DNA of 64,000 nucleotides. Origin: Candidatus Latescibacterota bacterium (lineage in GTDB: Bacteria; Latescibacterota; UBA2968; UBA8231). The stretch's first letter is position 1. Each line of letters begins with the position of its first letter. Shown here one piece after another: positions 1 through 10,230 of this stretch. A program made the position numbers and the translations under genes. Location: contig OZ252098.1 in assembly GCA_965248355.1 (NCBI GenBank), forward strand, positions 5,184,001-5,248,000. Direction: 5' to 3'. Under the pieces are notes generated by a model. It saw only the letters and a program-made list of their open reading frames with translations, made no database searches and was not told the DNA's origin.

Positions 1-97
1 ACGCCTGGAGCAGGCGCGCCTGGAGTTGCTGGAGCAATACGGCGCCGTGCCGGACTCGGCCGCCGCCGACACCTGCGAAGAGACGGAAGGGAAGTAG
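1..97 (+). CDS. 3' end of an upstream CDS (partial, product unknown)
   Basis: Frame from base 2 reads RLEQARLELLEQYGAVP...EGK* with TAG at 95-97, 3 bp before the next ATG. Confidence 0.55.
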   Translation, partial: RLEQARLELLEQYGAVPDSAAADTCEETEGK

Positions 98-100
98 GTC

Positions 101-1429
101 ATGGCCTTGATACCCTGGATCCGCATCGGGCAGCCCCTGGAGAACGTGCTCGACGACTACGAGCGCATCCTCGACGCCTGGGAGGCGGGCGGCATCCGCG
201 GCCTCGTCTTCGGGCGGCTCGTCTTCGCCGATGGGCAGGGGGGATTCACGGTGCCCGCCTTCCGCCCCGATCCGGAGCCCTTCCGCCGGCGCGGCCTGGA
301 GCTGGCCCCGGCGGCGGCCGAGCCGGACGCGGCCCGGGAGAAGCAGCTCCACGACATGCTGGACGAAGTGAAGCGGCGCGGGTGGCAGGTGCTCGTGTTC
401 TGTCCCGGCCAGAGCACGCACGGGGTCTCGGGGCCGGCGGCGGAGGATCCCTTCGGCGCCCTCTCCCACGCCGCCGTGTGGGAGGACGTGTTCTCGGCCT
501 TTCCCCAGGCCGACGGCGGGGTCATGGACGGCTGGGCGGAGCTGCCCTACGAGTACGGCGCCGTCTTCCGCGAGCTCGCCAGCGCCGACCGGCGCCGGGC
601 GGAGGCCACCGGCCACGACGCCGACCGCCTCGACAACGGCCGCCGGCAGCTGATGGAGGCGTTCTCGCGGCTCACGCCCCGGCGGGTGCGCTACCACGGC
701 CACCACGGAGTCCTGGCGGCCATGAACCTCTTCGACCTGCGCGAGGACGGCCTCTACTGGCTGCGCTGGCGCCGCGAGGCGAGCCTGGCGGAGGGGCGGG
801 CCTTCCGCGCCGAGCTCGACCGCCTGCCGCGCAAGCTGCTCCTCGGCAACGGCCTGCGCACGGCCATGTTCACCGGCATCACGGGTATCGACTACGCCGC
901 CTGGGACGAGGTTCTCGACCTGATGCTGGTGAAGCACTACTTCTGGCAGCGCGGCTTCGACGGCCTGTACGGGACGATCACCCGCTGGGTGCAGAAGGTG
1001 GGGGAGCTGAACCCGGGGCTGACCGAGGCCGACTGCTTCGCCGTGGTGCGCGCCTGGTTCGGCACCGACCTGCCGGAGGTCGAGTCCACGGCCGACATGG
1101 ACCACGGGTTCCCCCAGGCCTTCTTCGACGAGACCGTGGCCGAGGAGACCCGCCGCGCCCTGGCCGCGGCGAGCCGGCCGGAGAAGGTGCTGCCGTGGGT
1201 GGACACGGGCCGCATGCCCCACCGCGGCGACCCGATGACGGCGGGCGACCTGAAGCGCATTCTCGAGGCCTCGGAGGCGGCCGGCCTGCGGCGCTTCCTG
1301 TTCCACAACCACGGCCACCTGACGGCGGCGGAGTGGAAGGTGATCACGCGCATGTGCGGCCGCGAGTGGGACGAGGACCCCGAGGGCTACTGGCCGCCGA
1401 ACTCGCCGCCCGCGGAGGTCTTCCGGTGA
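101..1429 (+). CDS. Hypothetical protein, possibly glycoside-hydrolase-like TIM barrel
   Basis: 442-aa ORF with host-like codon usage; stop overlaps next start (GTGA); no diagnostic motif recognised. Confidence 0.75.
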   Translation: MALIPWIRIGQPLENVLDDYERILDAWEAGGIRGLVFGRLVFADGQGGFTVPAFRPDPEPFRRRGLELAPAAAEPDAAREKQLHDMLDEVKRRGWQVLVFCPGQSTHGVSGPAAEDPFGALSHAAVWEDVFSAFPQADGGVMDGWAELPYEYGAVFRELASADRRRAEATGHDADRLDNGRRQLMEAFSRLTPRRVRYHGHHGVLAAMNLFDLREDGLYWLRWRREASLAEGRAFRAELDRLPRKLLLGNGLRTAMFTGITGIDYAAWDEVLDLMLVKHYFWQRGFDGLYGTITRWVQKVGELNPGLTEADCFAVVRAWFGTDLPEVESTADMDHGFPQAFFDETVAEETRRALAAASRPEKVLPWVDTGRMPHRGDPMTAGDLKRILEASEAAGLRRFLFHNHGHLTAAEWKVITRMCGREWDEDPEGYWPPNSPPAEVFR

Positions 1430-2136
1430 CCGCGCTCGCCCTGCCGGTGCGCTGGTACCGCGGCGCCGGTTACTACCGGGGCCAGGCGCAGGGGGACGGA
1501 AACGTCCACGGCACCCTGGACCTGGAGCTGGAGCGCACCGCCTTCATGATCGTCGACAGCGACTGCGGCTCCAACGAGCAGGTGGAGGAGGGGATCGCCC
1601 CGGCCCTGGCGGCCGCCCGCGAGGCCGGCCTGCACGTGATCTACATCCACAACGACTTCTCCCTGTGCGACGAGCCCGGCAGCATCAAGCGCGAGATCCA
1701 CGGCACCCGCTGGGGAGATCAGGAGGCCGCCAGGCGCGGAGCCCCGCCGCGCGCCCCCGTCAAGCCGGAGTACTCGCCCTCCATCCGGCCCCTGCCCCAC
1801 GAGCCCGACTTCCCCAAGCGGGAGTGGTCGGGCTTTCACGAGACCCACGTCGACTACCACCTGCGCTGCCACGGCATCCAGAACCTGATCGCCGTGGGGT
1901 TCTCGCAGCGCTCCTGCCTCTACTTCACCTGCGCCGGCGCGGTGGAGCACAACTACCGCGTCATCATGCTGCGGGACTGCACGTCCTCCGCCGAGTATCC
2001 CGACACCGTCGACGAATCCCTGGAAGAGGGCGGGTGGCTGCGCAAGGTGATGCTGCGCAACTTCGAGCACGTGGTGGGCTACACTTCGACGAGCGCCGAG
2101 TTCGCCGAGGCCCTGGAGGCCATCGGCGGGAGGTAG
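1426..2136 (+). CDS. Isochorismatase-family cysteine hydrolase
   Basis: GTG at 1426 overlaps upstream TGA; motifs TAFMIVD, PKREWSGF, LIAVGFSQRSC, VIMLRDCT. Confidence 0.85.
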   Translation: MTALALPVRWYRGAGYYRGQAQGDGNVHGTLDLELERTAFMIVDSDCGSNEQVEEGIAPALAAAREAGLHVIYIHNDFSLCDEPGSIKREIHGTRWGDQEAARRGAPPRAPVKPEYSPSIRPLPHEPDFPKREWSGFHETHVDYHLRCHGIQNLIAVGFSQRSCLYFTCAGAVEHNYRVIMLRDCTSSAEYPDTVDESLEEGGWLRKVMLRNFEHVVGYTSTSAEFAEALEAIGGR

Positions 2137-2802
2137 CTCCCCGCCGGCGATTCCGCCCACCTGGTCGCGGGCGGCCGGTCCCTGCTGCTGCGAAGCCCGG
2201 ACTGCATCCCCATCGACCCCGTCGAGCATGAGCGCGTGCACGCGAAGGCTGCTGCTCCCCAGCGCGCACCGTCATGGCCCATGGTCGGCGCCCGGCGTCG
2301 ACACCGGCGGCCCACACCCAACTCAGACTGACAGAGCACCGCGTCGCCGACCACTATCCGGGTACAGCCCCCGGGCACACCATCGGTCGGCATGGCCTTC
2401 CTCCGGGCCTACGAAGACGCCCGTGGGACCCAAGTCGTGCAAGACCTCCTGGTGGTCCAGATCGGCGGCTATTACCAGGACGCTTCGGAGGCCGCTGCGG
2501 CGACGACCAGCAGGGCGTCTGAGCTATCCCGGCGGGGTGCAAACGCAACGGAGACACCCGACAAGCCTTGAGCACGAGGCGGACGGGGTCTGCAGACGGC
2601 TTCTTTCTTCAAAGGCCGGGTATCGAGGCCACCCGGGACGCACCCAGCCACACGCTCGTCACGGGAAGCGATCCAGTTGCTTCCGTACTCGAGGCGCCGG
2701 CCCTGTCTTTGACCTGAATGCCGGTCTTGGTGAAATTGCCATTCCGAGGCCGAGGAAGGCGGTTCCATCCACTCGGCCACAAGCCCGATTCCAGGACAGC
2801 CG

Positions 2803-3468
2803 ATGACGGACCCCTTGCTCGATCTGGTTGAGGTGCGCGTATTGGGTGCGCTGGCGGAGAAGCAGCTCACCACCCCCGAGTACTATCCCCTCACGCTCAA
2901 CGCCCTGCGCACCGCCTGCAACCAGAAGTCCAACCGCGACCCGGTGGTCGACTTCGACGACAAGACGGTGGTACGCGCCTTCGAGTCGCTGCGGGGCAAG
3001 CAATTGGCTCGCCAGGTCAGTGGCGGCGACCAGCGGGTTCCGCGCTACTATCACCTGCTCTCCGAGTGCCTGGACCTGGAGGTGCCGTCCCTCGCCGTCC
3101 TCTGCGTGCTGATGCTTCGCGGCCCCCAGACCAGCGGCGAGATACGGGGCCGCAGTGGCCGCCTGCATCCCTTGGCCGGTCCGGCGGCGGTGGAGACGGT
3201 CTTGTCCGGGCTGAGGGACCGCGACGAACCCCTGATCGTCCTGCTGCCTCGCCAGGCCGGCCGCAAGGAGAGACGCAACGCCCACCTGCTGGCCGGGATC
3301 CCGGAAGTCCCTCCTGCGGAGGACGGGGGAGCGGAGGAGCCGGCTACCCTCCAGGTGCGGGCCGACAATCAGCGCCTGGACCGGGTGGAACAGGAGGTTG
3401 AGCAGTTGAGGACGGAGGTGGAGGCCCTGCGTCGGGAATTCGGTGACTTCAGGGGCCAGTTCGATTAG
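2803..3468 (+). CDS. yceH: YceH family protein (DUF480/UPF0502)
   Basis: EVRVLGALAEKQLTTPEYYPLTLNALRTACNQKSNRDPV and LMLRGPQTSGEIRGRSGRL signatures; C-terminal coiled coil. Confidence 0.9.
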   Translation: MTDPLLDLVEVRVLGALAEKQLTTPEYYPLTLNALRTACNQKSNRDPVVDFDDKTVVRAFESLRGKQLARQVSGGDQRVPRYYHLLSECLDLEVPSLAVLCVLMLRGPQTSGEIRGRSGRLHPLAGPAAVETVLSGLRDRDEPLIVLLPRQAGRKERRNAHLLAGIPEVPPAEDGGAEEPATLQVRADNQRLDRVEQEVEQLRTEVEALRREFGDFRGQFD

Positions 3469-3493
3469 CCGACAGCACGGTAAGGGGGGACCC

Positions 3494-4390
3494 ATGTCCA
3501 TCACGGACGCACAACTGGCGGAGTACGAGGAGCGGGGCGCCGTCACCATCGACGGCCCCCTCACCGACCGGGAGCTGGACCGGGTGGAGGCGGCCTGGGA
3601 CCGGCTGAAGGCGACCGGCGCCGCGCCGTACGAGGACCCGGACTACGTAGAGGCGATGCAGCACCCGTTCTTCGAGGAGGTGGCGGCGAAGGTGCTGCGC
3701 GCCGGAGCCGTGCATTTCTGGTGGAGTCTGGGGGCCCACGAGCGCGCCCCCGCCCGGCCGCCGTTCGCGGACCCGCGCGAGCAGTGGGCGCGGGGGTGCC
3801 ACACCGACGTGCAGGCCACCTGGTCGGACTTCACGGCCACGCCCCGCCGCATCCGGGTGGAGCTGTGGTTCTGGCTCACCGACGTGCCCGCCCACCGCGG
3901 CGCCATGCGCGTCCTGCCCGGCAGCCACCGGCCGATCATGGAGTACTGGGACCGCGTGCTGACGGACGAGCACAAGGCCATGCTGCCCCGCGTCCACGGC
4001 CTGAGGCCGCCGCCGGTGCCGCCGGAGGCCGCGGCCTTCCCCGAGCATCTGCCGGATCCGGAAGGGGCGCCCTGGATCGAGCGCGAGCCCGTGCCCTGCG
4101 TGGCCCGCCGCGGCCAGGTTCTGGCGCTGTGCAGCAGCGGCCTGCACTCGGCCTGGCAGAACGAGGACCGGGTGCCGCGCAAGGCCATGCTCTCCCCGTG
4201 GGTGGCCGAGGGCGTCCCCTGCGGGCTGCCGAAGGGTCAGCGGGACGGCCTGATGGCCTTCTTTCCCGCCCTCGCGGAACGGCTCCGCCCCGAGCGGTCC
4301 CACCTCGTGCCCGGCGGCTTCGACTGGCTCTTCGAGAGCGACTACGAGCCCAGGTGGCCGGAGACCTTCCTGCCCGGCCATTCGGCGTGA
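3494..4390 (+). CDS. Phytanoyl-CoA dioxygenase (PhyH) family Fe(II)/2OG oxygenase
   Basis: AAGGGGG RBS before ATG 3494; HTD, WLTDV..GAMRVLPGSH and distal H(SAWQN)...R motifs. Confidence 0.85.
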   Translation: MSITDAQLAEYEERGAVTIDGPLTDRELDRVEAAWDRLKATGAAPYEDPDYVEAMQHPFFEEVAAKVLRAGAVHFWWSLGAHERAPARPPFADPREQWARGCHTDVQATWSDFTATPRRIRVELWFWLTDVPAHRGAMRVLPGSHRPIMEYWDRVLTDEHKAMLPRVHGLRPPPVPPEAAAFPEHLPDPEGAPWIEREPVPCVARRGQVLALCSSGLHSAWQNEDRVPRKAMLSPWVAEGVPCGLPKGQRDGLMAFFPALAERLRPERSHLVPGGFDWLFESDYEPRWPETFLPGHSA

Positions 4391-5388
4391 GCCTCAACTA
4401 CGTCCTCCGCCGCTTCGGCGTCTTCCTGCTGATCATCTGGGCCGGGGCCACCATCAACTTCATGATGCCCCGCCTGGCCCCGGTGAACCCCATCCGCGAG
4501 CGCCTGCTGCAGGCCGTCTCCTTCGGGGGCGCGGGCAAGACCGACATGGAGGCGGTGGTGGCCACGTACGAGGCCCGCTTCGGTCTGGACCAGCCCCTGT
4601 GGAAGCAGTACGTGCGCTACCTGGGGGACGTGGCGCGCCTCGACTTCGGGGTCTCCATCGCCAACTTCCCGAGCCGCGCCTCCGACATCATCCTGCGGGC
4701 CCTGCCGTGGACCCTCGGCCTGCTGACCACGGCGACGCTCATCGCCTTCGCCCTGGGCACCGTCCTCGGGGCCCTGCTGGCCTGGCCGCGCTCGCCCGGC
4801 GCCCTGCACTACTTCGCCGCCCCCTTCCTCGCTCTGTCGGCGATCCCCTACTACCTGCTCGGCCTGGTCCTCGTCTTCCTGCTGGGCTTCACCCTGCGCG
4901 CCTTCCCCCTCGGCGGCGGCTTCACATTGGGGACCCTGCCCGGACCGAGCCTGTCCTACGCTCTCGACGTGGTCTACCACTCCATCGTCCCGGCCCTGTC
5001 GATCGTGCTCTCCTCGGTGGGGTTCTGGGCCCTGTCCATGCGCGGCATGATGGTCACCGTGCAGGGCGAGGACTACGTCAACTACGCCGAGGCCCGGGGC
5101 CTGAAGAGCCGCGACATCTTCTTCCGCTACGCCCTGCGCAACGCCCTGCTGCCGCAGACCACGGCCCTGGCCCTGGCCATGGGCTACGTCGTCTCCGGGG
5201 CGGTGCTGGTGGAGGTCGTCTTCGCCTACCCGGGGGTGGGCACGGTCCTCTACCGCGCCGTGCAGACCTTCGACTACTTCGTCATCTACGGCGTCGTGGT
5301 CATGGTCATCCTGGCCATCGCCACCGTCACCCTCATCCTCGATCTGGTCTACCCGCTCCTCGACCCGCGCATCGCCTACCGCCGATGA
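4387..5388 (+). CDS. ABC transporter permease (OppB/DppB-like)
   Basis: GTGA overlap; FGLDQPLWKQY, EAA-like loop EDYVNYAEARGL, terminal YPLLDPRI. Confidence 0.92.
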   Translation: MSLNYVLRRFGVFLLIIWAGATINFMMPRLAPVNPIRERLLQAVSFGGAGKTDMEAVVATYEARFGLDQPLWKQYVRYLGDVARLDFGVSIANFPSRASDIILRALPWTLGLLTTATLIAFALGTVLGALLAWPRSPGALHYFAAPFLALSAIPYYLLGLVLVFLLGFTLRAFPLGGGFTLGTLPGPSLSYALDVVYHSIVPALSIVLSSVGFWALSMRGMMVTVQGEDYVNYAEARGLKSRDIFFRYALRNALLPQTTALALAMGYVVSGAVLVEVVFAYPGVGTVLYRAVQTFDYFVIYGVVVMVILAIATVTLILDLVYPLLDPRIAYRR

Positions 5389-6239
5389 GGCTCTCCCGGA
5401 TCTGCGCGGCGGCTCGCCGCCATCCCCAGCTGACGGCGGGTCTCGCGGTGGTCATCCTGGTCCTGGCCCTCGGTCCCGTGGGATCCCTCTTCGTCGACAC
5501 CGACCAGGCCCGCGTCGGCTCGGCCCTGGCCAACCTGCCGCCGTCGCTGGACCGCCCCCTCGGCACCGACGCGGCGGGGCGGGACCTGCTCGCCGTGATG
5601 GTGGCGGGCACGCCCCTGACCCTGCGGGTCGGCTTCCTCGCCGGCGCCGTGGGGCTCGGAATCGGCATTCTCCTCGGCTTCGTGGCCGGCTACTTCGGCG
5701 GCCTGGCCGACACCCTGATCCGGGGCGCCGCCGACGTGCTGCTCACCGTGCCCGGCCTGCTCTTCCTCGTGGTCCTGGCCACCTCCCTGCGCACGGCCGT
5801 CACCGTGGACATGATGGCCCTCGTGGTCGCCTCCCTGGCGTGGATGGTGCCGACGCGCACGATCCGCGCCCAGGTGCTGTCCATGCGCGAGCGCGCCTAC
5901 GTGCAGGTGGCCCGCCTCTCGGGCATGGGGGACCTGGAGATCATCGCCCGCGAGCTGCTGCCGAACCTGCTGCCCTACCTGGCGGCCAGCTTCGTCAGCG
6001 CCGTGGCCGCCGCGGTGCTGGCCTCCATCGGCCTGGAGGCCCTGGGCCTGGGTCCCCAGAACGAGCCCACCCTCGGCATGACCATCTACTGGGCCCTCTA
6101 CTACACCTCGCTGCTGCGGGGGATGTGGTGGTGGTGGGCGCCGCCCATGGTGCTGATCGTGCTCATCTTCATCGGCCTCTTCCTCGTCTCCATGGGGCTG
6201 GACCGCATCGCCAATCCCCGCATGTGGCGGGCCTCGTGA
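5385..6239 (+). CDS. ABC transporter permease (OppC/DppC-like)
   Basis: ATGA overlap; PLGTDAAGRDLL, RERAYVQVARLSG, ELLPNL. Confidence 0.92.
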   Translation: MRLSRICAAARRHPQLTAGLAVVILVLALGPVGSLFVDTDQARVGSALANLPPSLDRPLGTDAAGRDLLAVMVAGTPLTLRVGFLAGAVGLGIGILLGFVAGYFGGLADTLIRGAADVLLTVPGLLFLVVLATSLRTAVTVDMMALVVASLAWMVPTRTIRAQVLSMRERAYVQVARLSGMGDLEIIARELLPNLLPYLAASFVSAVAAAVLASIGLEALGLGPQNEPTLGMTIYWALYYTSLLRGMWWWWAPPMVLIVLIFIGLFLVSMGLDRIANPRMWRAS

Positions 6240-7231
6240 GCGCCGGGGCCGCGGGCGCGCTGCTGCGGGTGGAGGACCTGCGCGTCCACTACCACACCGG
6301 CCGCGGACCGGTGCGCGCCGTGGAGGGCGTCGGCTTCGAGCTGCGGCCGGGCGAGCGCCTCGGCCTGGTGGGGGAGTCGGGCTCGGGGAAGTCGACCACG
6401 GCCATGGCCCTCATGCGCCTGATCCGGCCCCCGGGACGCATCGAGGGGGGACGGATCCACCTGGACGAGCTGGAGCTGCTCTCCCTGTCCGACGAGCAGA
6501 TGCGGAGGGTGCGGTTCTCGCGCATCTCCCTGATCCCGCAGGGGGTGATGAACTCCCTCAACCCGGTGATGCGCGTGGGCGCCCAGATCGCCGACACCAT
6601 CGAGGCCCACGAGGAGCGGCCGGACCGCGACGCCCTGCGGGAGCGGGTGCGGGGCCTGCTGGGCCTGGTCGAGCTGGACCCGGCCACGGCGCGCATGTAC
6701 CCCCACGAGCTCAGCGGCGGCATGAAGCAGCGCGTGGGCATGGCCATCGCCGTGGCCCTGCGCCCCCAGGTGATCATCGCCGACGAGCCCACCAGCGCCC
6801 TGGACGTGGTCGTGCAGAAGCGGGTCATGGACACCCTCTTCCGGGTGCAGAAGGAGCTCGACGCCGCGGTCCTCCTGGTGGGCCACGACATGGGGCTCAT
6901 GGCCCAGTGCGTGGACCGCATCGGCGTGATGTACGCCGGCCGGCTGGCCGAGGTCGGCCCGGTACAGGGCCTGCTGCAGGAGCCGCTGCATCCGTACACG
7001 CGCCTGCTGGTGGAGAGCCTGCCGTCCCTGGAGAGCAAGGGCGAGTTCCGCGGCATCCCCGGCCTGCCGCCGTCGCTGCTGGAGCCGCCGCCGGGGTGCC
7101 CCTTCCACCCGCGCTGCCCGCAGGTGTTCGACCGCTGCCCCGAGAGCGTCCCGGCCCTGGAGGTCGTGGCCGACGACGACGGGGCCGGCGAGCGCCGGGC
7201 GGCCTGTCACCTGCACGCGTCGGCCCCGTGA
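6236..7231 (+). CDS. ABC transporter ATP-binding protein (OppD-like)
   Basis: Walker A GESGSGKS, signature ELSGGMKQR, IIADEPT, HPYT and C-terminal Cys motif. Confidence 0.95.
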   Translation: MSAGAAGALLRVEDLRVHYHTGRGPVRAVEGVGFELRPGERLGLVGESGSGKSTTAMALMRLIRPPGRIEGGRIHLDELELLSLSDEQMRRVRFSRISLIPQGVMNSLNPVMRVGAQIADTIEAHEERPDRDALRERVRGLLGLVELDPATARMYPHELSGGMKQRVGMAIAVALRPQVIIADEPTSALDVVVQKRVMDTLFRVQKELDAAVLLVGHDMGLMAQCVDRIGVMYAGRLAEVGPVQGLLQEPLHPYTRLLVESLPSLESKGEFRGIPGLPPSLLEPPPGCPFHPRCPQVFDRCPESVPALEVVADDDGAGERRAACHLHASAP

Positions 7232-8289
7232 GCGCGCCCCTGCTCGAAGCGCGCGAGGCCAGCCGGGCCTTCGGCGGCGGCCTCTTCGACCGGCGGCGGA
7301 TCGTCGCCGTGGCCGGGGCCTCCCTGGTGATCCCCGAGGAGGAGCCGGTGGTCGTGGCCATCGCCGGCGAGAGCGGCAGCGGCAAGACGACCCTGGCGCG
7401 CCTGCTGCTGGGCATCCTGCCGCCCACGAGCGGCTCGGTCCGCTACCGGGGCACGGATCTGGGCGAGCTGGACGCCCGGACGCGAAGGACCTTCCGGCGC
7501 CAGGTGCAGGCCGTCTTCCAGGATCCCTTCGAGGTCTTCAACCCCTTCTACCGGGTGGACCACTCCCTGACGGTGCCGGTGGCCCGGTTCTTCCCGGAGC
7601 TGTCGCGCGACGAGCGCCGGCAGCGGATCGAGGAGGGTCTGCAGGCCGTGGGCCTGCGCCCGGAGGAGACCCTGGGCCGCTACCCCCACCAGCTCAGCGG
7701 CGGCCAGCGCCAGCGCATCATGGTGGCCCGGGCCCTGCTCCTCGACCCCAAGGTGATCGTCGCCGACGAGCCCGTCTCCATGGTCGACGCCTCCCTGCGC
7801 GCCACCATCCTGGAGACCCTCTTCCGCATCCACCGGGAGCGCGGCATCAGCCTCGTCTACATCACCCACGACCTGACCACGGCGTACCAGCTGAGCCGCA
7901 CCATCCTGGTCATGTACCAGGGGGCGGTGGTCGAGGTGGGCCCCGTGGAGCAGGTCATCAAGGCGCCGAAGCACCCCTACACGCAGCTGCTCGTGCGCTC
8001 CATCCCGCTGCCGGACACGAGGCGCCGCTGGGGCGGGGACGAGAGCCCGGAGGCTCCGGAGGCCGCTGAGGTCCCGGACGTTGCGGACGAGGCGGGCGGA
8101 CCGGTGCCGGATCCAGCCGGCGGCTGCGCCTTCGCCGGGCGCTGCCCCCACGTCATGGACCGCTGCCGCCGGCAAACCCCGCCGCTGGTGCGCACCGACG
8201 AGGGCCGCGCCGCCGCCTGCTTCCTCCACGAGGACGCCGACGTGCTCTCGGAGGAGCAGGTGGCCGCCCTGTCCCACGGAGGCGGGTGA
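7228..8289 (+). CDS. ABC transporter ATP-binding protein (OppF-like)
   Basis: GESGSGKT, QLSGGQRQR, VADEPVSM, HPYT, GCAFAGRCP. Confidence 0.95.
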   Translation: MSAPLLEAREASRAFGGGLFDRRRIVAVAGASLVIPEEEPVVVAIAGESGSGKTTLARLLLGILPPTSGSVRYRGTDLGELDARTRRTFRRQVQAVFQDPFEVFNPFYRVDHSLTVPVARFFPELSRDERRQRIEEGLQAVGLRPEETLGRYPHQLSGGQRQRIMVARALLLDPKVIVADEPVSMVDASLRATILETLFRIHRERGISLVYITHDLTTAYQLSRTILVMYQGAVVEVGPVEQVIKAPKHPYTQLLVRSIPLPDTRRRWGGDESPEAPEAAEVPDVADEAGGPVPDPAGGCAFAGRCPHVMDRCRRQTPPLVRTDEGRAAACFLHEDADVLSEEQVAALSHGGG

Positions 8290-10109
8290 TGGGCACGGGG
8301 ACTCACCGGGACGGGAGCGGGCGCAAGCCACGGGCCGGGCGGCCGGGCCGCAGGGCGCCGGTCCCGCGATCCTGCCGCCGGCTCCTGCTGGTGTGGGCGG
8401 TCCTGGCCGGCTGCGGCCCGGGAGTGGTCCTGGAGCCGGTGCCCCGGGACCGCACCATGATCCTGATGAATGGCGGGCCCAACCAGTACGCCCTGTTCGA
8501 CAACCAGAACCCCTACATCCCGGGCTCGGACCAGGGCTATCACATGGGTACTCTGCCGACGGCCTTCGAGCCGCTGATCATGTACAACGTCCTCACCGGC
8601 GAGCACGAGAACTGGCTGGCCGAGAGCTGGGAGTACAACGACGCCTGGACGGAGCTGACGCTACGCCTGCGCCGGGGCATCGAATGGGCCGACGGCAAGC
8701 CCTTCACGGCGCGCGACGTGGCTTTCACCTTCGAGCTGCTGCGCGACAACGCCGCGGCGATGGTGCACCTGGCCGACCTGCCCGACTTCTTCGAGGCCGC
8801 CGAGATCGTCGACGACCACACGGTGCGGCTCCTGCTCAACAAGCCGGGCCCCGCCTTCTGGGCCACGACCCTGAGCAGCAACCACGGCATCATGGTCCTG
8901 CCCGAGCACGTCTGGCGCGATGTGGACCCCCTGGAGTTCACCTTCCACGACATCGACGGCGGCCTGCCCCTGGGCACCGGGCCCTACCGCCTGGTCCACG
9001 CCTCGCCGCACCAGAAGATCTACGACCTGCGCCCGGACTGGTGGGCGGCCCGGGAGGGGTTCAAGCCCCTGCCGAGGATCCAGCGGATCATCTACGTGCC
9101 GCAGCAGGAGGAGAGCCAGGCGGCCCAGCTGCTGCTCAGCGACCAGCTCGACATGGCGCCCATCATGCAGGTCCTCACCCTCGAGAGCGTGCTGGAGCGC
9201 AACCCGCGGGTGGTGACCTTCAGCGGCCGGGAGCCGCCCTACGGCTACCTGGACTGGTGCCCCATCGACCTCAACCTCAACTGTTCCGAGCCGCCGTACG
9301 ACGATCCCCAGATCCGCCGGGCCATCAGCATGGCCATCGACCGCGAGAAGGTCGTGCAGCTCGCCGAGTCGGGGGCCGGCGTCGTCGCCCTGCACCCCTT
9401 CACCCCCTACGAGTGGTTCGCGCCCTTCGACGAGGCCCTGCAGGAGATCCTCGCCCGCCACGGGTACGACAACCGGCCTCACCCGGAGGAGGTGGACCGG
9501 ATCATGGAGGGGAAGGGGTATGCCCGGGACGAGGAGGGATTCTGGGTCGACCCCGAGGGGGAGCGTGTCGAGATCGCCATCTACGTGCCCCAGTGGCTGC
9601 GGTCCTACGGTCCGCCCCTGACCCAGCAGCTGCGCGACGCCGGCTTCGAGGCCAACTTCGACACCTCGCCCGGCCTCACCTCGCTCGTGCAGACGGGGGA
9701 GCAGAAGGCCTCCCTCGGCTGCAAGGGGCCCAGCGGCGTGCGCGGCATGGACCCCTACCTGATGCTGTCGTACTACACCTCCCAGTACTACCGCCCCACC
9801 GGGCAACCGGCGCCCCTGTGGGCGACGATCTCGCGGTGGCGCAACGAGGAGTTCGACCGCCTCGTCGAGCGCACCGCGCCCCTGCAGGTGGGCGACGAGG
9901 AGCTCCAGAAGCTGTTCGTCGAAGCCATGGAGATCTGGGTGCGGGAGATGCCCGACATCTTCCTGGCCCAGCTGATCATCCGCTACCCCTGCAACACCAC
10001 CCGCTGGACCGGCTGGCCGAGCTGGCAGGATCCCTACGGCTTTCCGCACTCGTGGCAGTGGGAGCTGCTGAAGACGTTCATCCGGCTGGAGCCGGTGGTA
10101 GAGGGGTGA
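8286..10109 (+). CDS. ABC transporter substrate-binding lipoprotein, family 5
   Basis: Lipobox VLAGC; WLAESWEY...LRRGIEWADGKPFTARDVAFTF; GTGPY; start could be 8286 or 8289. Confidence 0.92.
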   Translation: MMGTGTHRDGSGRKPRAGRPGRRAPVPRSCRRLLLVWAVLAGCGPGVVLEPVPRDRTMILMNGGPNQYALFDNQNPYIPGSDQGYHMGTLPTAFEPLIMYNVLTGEHENWLAESWEYNDAWTELTLRLRRGIEWADGKPFTARDVAFTFELLRDNAAAMVHLADLPDFFEAAEIVDDHTVRLLLNKPGPAFWATTLSSNHGIMVLPEHVWRDVDPLEFTFHDIDGGLPLGTGPYRLVHASPHQKIYDLRPDWWAAREGFKPLPRIQRIIYVPQQEESQAAQLLLSDQLDMAPIMQVLTLESVLERNPRVVTFSGREPPYGYLDWCPIDLNLNCSEPPYDDPQIRRAISMAIDREKVVQLAESGAGVVALHPFTPYEWFAPFDEALQEILARHGYDNRPHPEEVDRIMEGKGYARDEEGFWVDPEGERVEIAIYVPQWLRSYGPPLTQQLRDAGFEANFDTSPGLTSLVQTGEQKASLGCKGPSGVRGMDPYLMLSYYTSQYYRPTGQPAPLWATISRWRNEEFDRLVERTAPLQVGDEELQKLFVEAMEIWVREMPDIFLAQLIIRYPCNTTRWTGWPSWQDPYGFPHSWQWELLKTFIRLEPVVEG

Positions 10110-10141
10110 TCGATCGCGCTGGTCTCGTTCGCTCGAGTCGG

Positions 10142-10169
10142 TTGCACATTCGGGCCGAAATCGTATGGT
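10142..10169 (+). promoter_or_regulatory. Possible sigma70 promoter for the 10231/10671 pair
   Basis: TTGCAC-N16-TATGGT in an AT-richer intergenic stretch. Confidence 0.3.
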
Positions 10170-10230
10170 ATCACAAAGGATGACATGAACCTTGCGGTTT
10201 CTTTCCTAGTCGACTATCGGGGAAGGGAAG

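Noticed and set aside
382..1425. N-terminal extensions in the ORF track (also 3721, 4599, 5840, 6907, 13606, 16216, 32698, 41424)
   Set aside because: They overlap upstream genes in another frame; true starts lie at stop/start overlaps or after an RBS.
2137..2802. 665-bp gap with short ORFs (e.g. MAFLRAYEDARGTQVVQDLLVVQIGGYY..)
   Set aside because: Possibly decayed coding sequence, but no family, RNA motif or repeat could be supported.
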